Below, in pieces: positions 56,654 through 64,000 of a DNA stretch of 64,000 nucleotides. The notes beneath the pieces are model-generated. The model did not search any database and was not told the origin of the DNA. It worked only from the letters and a program-made list of their open reading frames with translations. The stretch spans positions 9,105-73,104 of the forward strand of contig JAFWIH010000018.1 of the NCBI GenBank assembly GCA_017533795.1. Direction: 5' to 3'. This stretch comes from Clostridia bacterium. GTDB taxonomy: Bacteria > Bacillota > Clostridia > TANB77 > CAG-508. How positions within the stretch are numbered: the stretch's first letter is position 1; the number at the start of each line of letters is the position of its first letter. Made by a program: the position numbers and the translations under genes.

Positions 56654-57463
56654 ATGAGTACAAATAAAACTGAAGAAGCAAAACATGAAAAAAAGAGAGA
56701 GAAAAAGAAGAAAAACTATTTTACATTTACACTTATACAACTAATACTAGTAATAATTATGATATATTCAGGAACAAAAATATATGAGTGGTATAAAGAC
56801 AATAATAAAAATAGTGGATTAATAGAAGAATTAAAAGAAAGTGTAATAACTGATGAATTTAGCAACGAGGATATGATAGACTTTAAATCTTTAAAAGAAA
56901 AAAATTCAGACACTGTTGCATGGATTAAAGTAGAAGGAACAGATATAGACTATCCTGTAGTTCAAACAAATAATAATGATTATTATTTAAACCATAGCTT
57001 TGATAAATCCATAAATGGAGCTGGTTGGGTATTTGCAGACTATAAGAATAAATTTGATGGAACAGATAAAAATATAGTTATTTATGGACATAATCGTAGA
57101 GATGGTAGTATGTTTAGTAGTTTGAAAAATATTTTGAAAACTGAATGGTATAATAATGAAAACAATAGATATATAGAATTGTTTACAGAACAAGAGAATT
57201 TAAAGTATGAAGTATTATCAGTATATCAAAACGAAAAAGAAGATTATTACATTAAAACAGATTTTTTTGAAAATGAATTTGATAGATTTTTATTAACAGT
57301 AAAAAATAGAAGCATTAAAAATTTTAATGTAGATGTTAACGAAAATGACTCAATACTTACACTTTCAACATGTGCAAATGACAATAAATATAGAGTAGTG
57401 TTACATGCAAAAAAAATAAAAGAAGAAGTTAGCAATAAAGGAGAAAAAAATGGCAACAAGTAA
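56654..57463 (+). CDS. srtB: class B sortase
   Basis: TM anchor, NNNDYYLNHSFD, IYGHNRRDGSMFSSL (His), LTLSTC (Cys), RVVLHA (Arg). Confidence 0.9.
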   Translation: MSTNKTEEAKHEKKREKKKKNYFTFTLIQLILVIIMIYSGTKIYEWYKDNNKNSGLIEELKESVITDEFSNEDMIDFKSLKEKNSDTVAWIKVEGTDIDYPVVQTNNNDYYLNHSFDKSINGAGWVFADYKNKFDGTDKNIVIYGHNRRDGSMFSSLKNILKTEWYNNENNRYIELFTEQENLKYEVLSVYQNEKEDYYIKTDFFENEFDRFLLTVKNRSIKNFNVDVNENDSILTLSTCANDNKYRVVLHAKKIKEEVSNKGEKNGNK

Positions 57464-57848
57464 ACATGGAAAAAATACACACAGTAGAGGAAGAAAAAGA
57501 AATGAAAAATTTAACAGTGCTAAAAAAATAATTATATTTATAGTTTTAATTCTGACAATTGTTATTGCAGTTGATGTGTTAATAAATATGCGTAAAGACA
57601 AACTGTTTGGTTCATGGACAACGGATGGAATAACAATATATAAATTTAATGGTAAAGGCCAAGGATATTTAGTAACAACACTTTCAAGATATGAGTTTAA
57701 TTATAAAATAAAGAAAAATGAATTATATATAGACTTTTTAAGTGATAAAGCAAAAGATGCAAACTATGAGTTTTCAATAGATGAAGACAAATTAGTTGTG
57801 GATGGAATTGATGAGACAACAGGTAGCTACACAATGACAAGAAAATGA
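57450..57848 (+). CDS. membrane-anchored small protein (lipocalin-like/DUF5640-like)
   Basis: Basic N-terminus, one TM helix, then LFGSWTTDG...YKFNGKG..YEF. Overlaps the srtB stop. Confidence 0.5.
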   Translation: MATSKHGKNTHSRGRKRNEKFNSAKKIIIFIVLILTIVIAVDVLINMRKDKLFGSWTTDGITIYKFNGKGQGYLVTTLSRYEFNYKIKKNELYIDFLSDKAKDANYEFSIDEDKLVVDGIDETTGSYTMTRK

Positions 57849-58131
57849 AAAAATTGCCAAAGGGATGGAGGGAAATGACAGCACAAGCAAAAGCAACCAT
57901 GTTCCAAAATAAATTGTCAACTGTTCATTCATTGCGAATATAAATTGTAATATAAAAAATGGAGCCTCTTTCACTTAGTCCTCGCTTCGCTCGACGCGAA
58001 CATTACTCCATTTTTTATAAACAATTTCTAATTCTCATTCAATCAAGCGTTGACAATTTATTTTGGAACATGGTTGCTTTTGCTTGTGCTGTCATTTCCC
58101 TCCGTCCCTTTGGCAATTTTTTCATTTTCTT
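57839..58131. repeat. 293-bp near-perfect palindrome: 83-nt inverted arms around a 127-nt partly palindromic spacer
   Basis: Arms 57839..57921 and 58049..58131 match 82/83 as reverse complements (checked by hand). The single difference is T57866 against G58104. Confidence 0.9.
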
Positions 58132-58141
58132 CTAAATCTTA

Positions 58142-58170
58142 TTGACAAATTATTATATTTAATAGATAAT
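58142..58170 (+). promoter_or_regulatory. probable glgP promoter
   Basis: TTGACA, 17 nt, GATAAT. Immediately downstream of the large palindrome. Confidence 0.55.
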
Positions 58171-58225
58171 AGAGAATGAAATACTAATGGAAAAATGTTT
58201 TTAAATTACTAAGGAGGAGTACGAA

Positions 58226-60790
58226 ATGTACGTATTTAATAAGATTACAGTAAATCCACAATTACCAAAAAGAATTAATAGATTATCAGAAATTTCAAAC
58301 AATTTATGGTGGTCATGGAATACAGAATTTTTACAATTATTTAAAACAATAGATTTAGATTTATGGGAAGAATCACAAAAAAATCCCGTGAAATTCTTAA
58401 AACATGTGTCACAAGAAAGACTTGAAATGGCAGCAAATAACCCTACGTTTTTAAGAGAATACGATAAAAATGTAGTAAACTTTGACAACTACATGAATAG
58501 TAAAAACACATGGTTTAGTCAAAAATATCCAGATAACAAACAAGATTTAATTGCATATTTTTCAGCAGAATATGGTTTAGACCAAACAATCCCAATCTAT
58601 TCAGGAGGGTTAGGGATTCTTTCTGGTGACCATTTGAAATCAGCAAGTGACTTAGGTTTACCATTCGTTGCAGTTGGTTTAATGTATAAACATGGATATT
58701 TTAGGCAAAGAATAAATAGTGAAGGTAACCAAGAAGCTGAATATAGAGAATTAAATATTGCAGATATGCCAATAACTCCTGTAAAAAATGAAAATGGAGA
58801 AGATTTAATAATATATATTAAATTCCCAAAAAGAAGAATTTATTTAAAGGTTTGGCAAATAAAAGTAGGAAGAGTAACACTATATTTGCTTGATTCTGAC
58901 ATAGAAAAAAACAATGAAGAAGATAGAGATACTACGTTAAAGCTATATGGTGGAGACCAAGAAATGAGAATAAGACAAGAGATAATTCTTGGAATGGGAG
59001 GAACAAATTTACTAAAAACATTAGGATTAAATCCTAGCATATATCATATGAACGAAGGACATTCAGCATTTTTATTACTAGAATTAATTAAAGATACTAT
59101 AAGAGAAAAAGAAGTATCTTTTGACGTTGCAAAAGATATAGTCAGTTCAAAAACAGTATTTACAACACATACACCAGTTCCAGCAGGAGTAGATATATTC
59201 CCAGTTTCTTTAGTTGAAAAATATTTTAAAGACTTTTGGCCACGCTTAGCATTAGATAGAGAAGATTTTTTAAGATTAGGTATGAAACCAACTGAAGAAC
59301 TAGAACCTGGATTTAACATGGGAATTCTTGCATTAAAAATTGCAGGAAAGAAAAATGGAGTAAGCAGATTACATGGTGCAGTATCAAGAGAATTGTTTGG
59401 AGATATTTGGCCAAACATTTCTAAAAATGAAGCACCAATTACATATGTTACAAATGGTATACATACATGCTCATGGCTTGCACAAAGTTTAAAAGAATTA
59501 TACAACAAATATTTAATGCCATATTGGCAAGATAATATTTATAATGACGATGTATGGGCTAAAATTAAAAACATTCCAAATAATGAATTATGGGAAACTC
59601 ATCAACATAGAAAAGAGAAATTAATTGAAGTAATTAAGGAAAACACTACTGAAAGATTAAGAAGAGCTGGAGTAAGTTATGAGGAAATTAATAGTATTAC
59701 TTCAAAACTTGACCCAAATGCATTAATGATAGGTTTTGCAAGAAGATTTGCTACATATAAAAGAGCAACACTAATATTTAAAGATTTAGAAAGAATAACA
59801 CAAATACTTAACAATAGCAGTAAACCAGTTCAACTTGTTTTTGCAGGTAAGGCACATCCAGCTGATATTTATGGACAAGAACTAATTAGAAATATCCATG
59901 AAATATCTATGATGCCACAGTTTAAAGGAAAGATATTCTTACTTGAAAATTATAATATAGAAATGTCAAGATATTTGGTAAGTGGAGTTGATGTATGGCT
60001 AAATACACCACGTAGACCAATGGAAGCATCTGGAACAAGTGGTCAAAAAGCATCTGTAAATGGAGTTGTAAACTTTAGCGTTTTAGATGGATGGTGGGCA
60101 GAAGGCTATACTCAAACTAATGGATGGACAATTGGTACACATGCTGAGTATAATTCATATGAAGAGCAAGATCAAGCTGATAGTGAAAGTTTATATGCTA
60201 CACTTGAGCATAAAATAATTCCTGCATACTATGATAGAGATGAAAATGGTATTTCGAATAGATGGATGGAAGTAATGAAAAACTCTATTATGACCACTGG
60301 TGGTAGATACAGTACATCTAGAATGGTTGTAGACTATACAAACAATCTATACATGCCACTTTGCAGAATAAATAAAAAATATTATAGCAATATAGATGAA
60401 GTTGCAGGATTTAACAATTGGAAAAATGAATTATTTACTAATTGGAAAGACATAAAAATAGCACAAATAAACAATTTAGACAATATAACAATGGATGCAG
60501 GTAATAACATAGAGGTTGCTTGTGAAGTAACTCTACCCAATATTGATGTAAATAATGTTGCTGTAGAAGCATATTACGGTAAGATACATGAAAATGGTGT
60601 AATTGAAGATGTAAGTACGATACCAATGACACTAGACAAACAAGATGAAGAAACCAAAAAATACTGCTATAAAGCAAAAATAGAGCTTACAACAGGCGGA
60701 GAATACGGATATACATTTAGAGTTATGCCAAAACATGAGATGCTGTTAAATAGTGCAAATTTAAACCTGGTAAAATGGGTAACTGAATAA
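58226..60790 (+). CDS. glgP: alpha-glucan (glycogen/maltodextrin) phosphorylase, GT35
   Basis: 854 aa. YFSAEYGL, GGLGILSGDHLKSASDLG, NEGHSAF, TNGIH, PMEASGTSGQKA (PLP-lysine region). Confidence 0.92.
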   Translation: MYVFNKITVNPQLPKRINRLSEISNNLWWSWNTEFLQLFKTIDLDLWEESQKNPVKFLKHVSQERLEMAANNPTFLREYDKNVVNFDNYMNSKNTWFSQKYPDNKQDLIAYFSAEYGLDQTIPIYSGGLGILSGDHLKSASDLGLPFVAVGLMYKHGYFRQRINSEGNQEAEYRELNIADMPITPVKNENGEDLIIYIKFPKRRIYLKVWQIKVGRVTLYLLDSDIEKNNEEDRDTTLKLYGGDQEMRIRQEIILGMGGTNLLKTLGLNPSIYHMNEGHSAFLLLELIKDTIREKEVSFDVAKDIVSSKTVFTTHTPVPAGVDIFPVSLVEKYFKDFWPRLALDREDFLRLGMKPTEELEPGFNMGILALKIAGKKNGVSRLHGAVSRELFGDIWPNISKNEAPITYVTNGIHTCSWLAQSLKELYNKYLMPYWQDNIYNDDVWAKIKNIPNNELWETHQHRKEKLIEVIKENTTERLRRAGVSYEEINSITSKLDPNALMIGFARRFATYKRATLIFKDLERITQILNNSSKPVQLVFAGKAHPADIYGQELIRNIHEISMMPQFKGKIFLLENYNIEMSRYLVSGVDVWLNTPRRPMEASGTSGQKASVNGVVNFSVLDGWWAEGYTQTNGWTIGTHAEYNSYEEQDQADSESLYATLEHKIIPAYYDRDENGISNRWMEVMKNSIMTTGGRYSTSRMVVDYTNNLYMPLCRINKKYYSNIDEVAGFNNWKNELFTNWKDIKIAQINNLDNITMDAGNNIEVACEVTLPNIDVNNVAVEAYYGKIHENGVIEDVSTIPMTLDKQDEETKKYCYKAKIELTTGGEYGYTFRVMPKHEMLLNSANLNLVKWVTE

Positions 60791-60875
60791 AGGTTGTCAG
60801 AGAGAGGTTGTCAAAGGGGACGTAGTAAATTGACAACCTCTCTTCTGACAACCTCCCTCTGACAACCTTTGACAG
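60789..60875. repeat. nested inverted-repeat cluster built from GGTTGTCA / TGACAACC units between glgP and tmcAL
   Basis: Two forward GGTTGTCA and three reverse TGACAACC copies. Inner 13-bp stem 60802..60814 / 60830..60842. Outer 13-bp stem 60789..60801 / 60858..60870. Confidence 0.8.
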
Positions 60876-60877
60876 CT

Positions 60878-62110
60878 TTAAATTGAAATTATTTTTTTGG
60901 TATAATCCAAATTGCTTCTAGATTCACCTGTATATCCAAGTGTATATATATTCGTAGCTAAAATATCCTTTTCAAGCATACGTAATAAATTCTTATCAGG
61001 ACATTCCTTCAAGAATTTTTTCACAGAGGAAACAAACTCTATTCTTGGGTTAGCATCAACTATTTGAGAGATTAATTGTTTACCTTTTTCATTGAATCCT
61101 AAAATTCTAGCATATGGTGTTATTTTTTTAGAAAGCACCATGTCTTTTTTTGTTACATCTAACAAGATGTAAAGCAAAATCCTCTGTATTCGAGTTTCAG
61201 TATATCTTTTAGAGCTAACAATTTTTATTAAATCTGAAATGTTGTTGCATGAGTCAGCAGCTTTTTTTATTAAATTTTCTAAGCCTTCAGATACATCCTG
61301 AAATTCGCATAGTTCTTTTGCATCCATCATTCTAATAGAGTAAATAATTTCTTTTTCATATGAAGATAAGCTATTTAAAGCATGGCCATGATTTATACAT
61401 TGCTTTAAAATTGAATATGAACTTGCTGGCATAAGATTTTCTACATTAAAAGTTTCATCTTCATTGACCAAATTTCGTATTGCTGTAGCACTTGCAATGT
61501 TATCAGAAAAATCAATATCATTATGACCAGAACTTGTTCTTTCTATTGAAATTGGCTGCATTCTACTTTTATTTTTTTTCAAAGCTTTTAAATATTCAAT
61601 TCCTAAAATATTATTAGGTGAAGAAAGTACATTTAAATATTTACGTATATCATTTAAATACATCATTAAGGCGTTTTCACGAGCTTTAGGGTATGATATA
61701 CCTTTCTTTAATTCAGCCGAAAGTAAAGTTTTATACTGTCTTGGCTCTTTATAGAGTACTTCTGCAAAATCATTTAAAATATTAATATCTGCTGTTTCAG
61801 CTCCAAAAGAAAGTACATCAACAATTCTTAGAGAGTCTAAAAGTCTAATTGCTCCATCTGCAAAATTTTCAGCACTAGAAGTCGCATACAAAGTGGGTAA
61901 CTCTAGTACTAAATCAACTCCATTTAAAAGAGCAGCTTCAGCTTTAGACCATTTGTCTACCATAGAAGGCTCACCTCTTTGAGTAAAATTGCCACCAATT
62001 ACAGCAACGCAAAAATCAGCCGAAGCTATTTGCTTTGACTTTAATAAATGATATAGATGTCCGTTGTGAAATGGATTATATTCTGCAACAATTCCTAAGA
62101 CTTTACTCAC
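60878..62110 (-). CDS. tmcAL: tRNA(Met) cytidine acetate ligase (YlbM/UPF0348 nucleotidyltransferase)
   Basis: GIVAEYNPFHNGHLYHL HIGH-like N-terminus. About 410 aa, as is typical of TmcAL. Confidence 0.8.
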   Translation of the reverse strand: MSKVLGIVAEYNPFHNGHLYHLLKSKQIASADFCVAVIGGNFTQRGEPSMVDKWSKAEAALLNGVDLVLELPTLYATSSAENFADGAIRLLDSLRIVDVLSFGAETADINILNDFAEVLYKEPRQYKTLLSAELKKGISYPKARENALMMYLNDIRKYLNVLSSPNNILGIEYLKALKKNKSRMQPISIERTSSGHNDIDFSDNIASATAIRNLVNEDETFNVENLMPASSYSILKQCINHGHALNSLSSYEKEIIYSIRMMDAKELCEFQDVSEGLENLIKKAADSCNNISDLIKIVSSKRYTETRIQRILLYILLDVTKKDMVLSKKITPYARILGFNEKGKQLISQIVDANPRIEFVSSVKKFLKECPDKNLLRMLEKDILATNIYTLGYTGESRSNLDYTKKIISI

Positions 62111-62210
62111 AGTTTGCCTCCTTGTAATAAAAATTCTTTTATGATATTATATCAGTAAATTAAGGTTTTTGCAATGTTATGTTGAATGGTTGCATAGAAA
62201 GGAGACTAAA

Positions 62211-62651
62211 ATGGAGAAAGTTGTAATATATACAGATGGAGCTTGCTCTGGTAACCCAGGGCCTGGAGGATGGGGAACAGTGCTAATGTATAAGGATGAA
62301 AAAAAGGAAATATCAGGAGGAAGTATTGATACTACTAATAATATAATGGAACTTACTGCAGTAGTTGAAGGATTGAAAATGCTTAAATATCCATGTGAAG
62401 TTGAATTATATAGTGATAGTGCATATATAGTAAATGCTTTTAATCAGGGATGGATTTACAACTGGAAAAAGAAAAATTGGAAAACAGCTGATGGCAAAGA
62501 AGTAAAAAATAAAGAAATATGGCAGGAATTATATGAGCTTACTAATATTCACAAAGTTACTTTTAATAAAGTAAAAGGCCATAGTGATAATGAGTACAAC
62601 AATAGATGTGACGAGCTTGCAAGAAATGCAATACCTGAAGTAAAAAGATAA
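62211..62651 (+). CDS. rnhA: ribonuclease HI
   Basis: [48 protein letters not shown]. aaaggag RBS. Confidence 0.92.
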   Translation: MEKVVIYTDGACSGNPGPGGWGTVLMYKDEKKEISGGSIDTTNNIMELTAVVEGLKMLKYPCEVELYSDSAYIVNAFNQGWIYNWKKKNWKTADGKEVKNKEIWQELYELTNIHKVTFNKVKGHSDNEYNNRCDELARNAIPEVKR

Positions 62652-62746
62652 TATTACATTTATATTACAAATCTTAAAATTTGTTGAAAAAAGTAGTAAG
62701 ATGACATATAATTAATTTGTAAAATAGTGAACATAGGAGGTAGAAT

Positions 62747-63547
62747 ATGGAAACGTTTGCTGAATATATTCTAGGTGAAACAAATCTAGTTTCAAAAGTG
62801 GAAATTGCCTACTATTTATCAAAAAAAACAGGTATTTATTTTGATAAATCAGTATTATTCAAAACAGAAATAGCAAGACAATTTATAGAGTACATGAAGC
62901 TAGATGTTGATGAAAATATGTTACTTACAGCCAGCCTTTTATGTAATTGTAAAAAAGTAAATAATGCTCAAAAAATTGGAAAATTACAAACTTATGCAAT
63001 GGAAGGAGCTCTTTATTTAAGAGAACTTGGATTTGATAAAAGGTTTTGCAAAATATGTGAAGAAGTAAACAGATACAGTGAAAGCAATCCAAGGGAAAGA
63101 GAAAGCGATATATTGGAATTAGTAGACCAATTCGGAGGTATGCTATTGAATAGACCAGAAAGAATTGGATTACAAACGGAAGAAGCTATTGTATTATTGC
63201 AACATAGAAATTTAAAAGACGTATATAATAGATATTTACATACTTTTGTAGAATTTGTTAGTGAAATGGATGGAATAGAAATAGGTGAAGCAGGTAGAAC
63301 AACGACTTTTAAAAGATTAGTAAAAATTTTTAATGAAACTCCGGATGTGAAAGAATTTATAAAAAATATAGCATATGACTATGCACCTAAGGTAGACACA
63401 TTAGTTGCTCACCACAGAGCTGGAACATCAAATAATATGTTTGGAATGCAAACTCATAATCCAAATAGAGCGCTGTTTAGTGAAGAAACAACAAAAAAAA
63501 TAATGGGACATATGGATAAATTAAATGCAAACTCAAACGAGGAGTAA
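62747..63547 (+). CDS. hypothetical protein
   Basis: ataggagg RBS. 266 aa. No family recognised. Confidence 0.5.
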   Translation: METFAEYILGETNLVSKVEIAYYLSKKTGIYFDKSVLFKTEIARQFIEYMKLDVDENMLLTASLLCNCKKVNNAQKIGKLQTYAMEGALYLRELGFDKRFCKICEEVNRYSESNPRERESDILELVDQFGGMLLNRPERIGLQTEEAIVLLQHRNLKDVYNRYLHTFVEFVSEMDGIEIGEAGRTTTFKRLVKIFNETPDVKEFIKNIAYDYAPKVDTLVAHHRAGTSNNMFGMQTHNPNRALFSEETTKKIMGHMDKLNANSNEE

Positions 63548-63580
63548 TCCTCGTTTTTGTAATGATAATGGAGGTAAAAA

Positions 63581-64000
63581 ATGTACGAAGTATTTGCAGA
63601 TTTACATGTTCACATAGGAAGAAGTGAAAATGGAAAACCAATTAAAATTACTGCAGCTAAATCTTTAAATTTTGCAAATATTGCAAAAGAATGTGCAAAT
63701 AGAAAGGGAATAAGTATTGTAGGAATTATAGATTGTGCTTCACCATATGTTATAGAAGATATAGAGAACTTTTTAAAATCTGGTGATGCATATGAACTTA
63801 AAGATGGAGGTATTATTTATAAGGACAAAGTATGTATATTACTTGGCAGTGAAGTTGAGACCTCTGAGATAGGCAGAAATGGTAAAAGTGGTGCTGCTCA
63901 TAATGTTTGCTTTTTCCCGTTTTTAGAAGATATAAAGGGATTCTCAAAAGAAATGAGTACACATATAAAAAACATTACGCTAAGTACACAAAGGTCAAAT
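63581..64000 (+). CDS. endonuclease Q-like (TIGR00375/PHP-related) protein, N-terminal fragment running off the window
   Basis: Translated by hand: MYEVFADLHVHIGRSENGKPIKITAAKSLNF...GIIDCASPYV...LLGSEVE...AAHNVCFFP...LSTQRSN. Open to base 64000. ggaggt RBS. Confidence 0.6.
   Translation, partial: MYEVFADLHVHIGRSENGKPIKITAAKSLNFANIAKECANRKGISIVGIIDCASPYVIEDIENFLKSGDAYELKDGGIIYKDKVCILLGSEVETSEIGRNGKSGAAHNVCFFPFLEDIKGFSKEMSTHIKNITLSTQRSN

Noticed and set aside
57922-58048. Phase-variable invertible promoter between the 83-nt inverted repeats.
   Set aside because: The spacer is itself quasi-palindromic, so inversion would change little. I could find no well-spaced -35/-10 pair in it on either strand, and there is no recombinase nearby. 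It is retained only as a low-probability alternative in the finding.

Overview
AT-rich chromosomal segment. Hand counts of ordinary genes give 25-27 G+C per 100 nt. It looks Gram-positive and Clostridia-like: sortase B with NPKTG and LPKAG sorting signals, a CIRCE element before groES-groEL, and TmcAL, YlmH and MutS2. About 60 genes, mostly on the + strand and mostly housekeeping or transport: rdgB, recN, thyA-folA, mutS2, groES/EL, pheST, glgP, rnhA, a zur-znuACB zinc operon, two MacB/FtsX-type ABC systems, three paralogous acyl-CoA ligases and three tRNAs. No rRNA, CRISPR array, transposase, integrase or prophage was seen. Functions come from motif recognition only; no search tools were used. 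Main points of interest: (1) Four short self-contained transcription units of clearly higher G+C (42-53 per 100 nt by hand count) sit between housekeeping genes. One of them (30991..32294) is a mirrored twin cassette: two convergent units share a homologous promoter, 5'UTR, first seven codons and terminator loop, but carry unrelated ORFs (a small acidic protein and a divergent thymidylate-kinase-like P-loop protein). (2) An uncharacterised operon encodes a B12-domain radical SAM enzyme, a glutaminase-less asparagine-synthase-like PP-loop enzyme with a zinc ribbon, a Nudix-like protein and an NT5C-type nucleotidase. It lies directly after a pheST pair with atypical codon usage and no T-box. (3) A family of GC-richer palindromic intergenic elements shares a TTGYCAAA-GGG(G)ACGG core. 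It includes a 293-bp palindrome with 82/83 matching arms and a 118-bp palindrome inserted inside an ABC operon whose permease gene is also frameshifted. (4) Two 5'-truncated genes abut head to head, which looks like a rearrangement scar.
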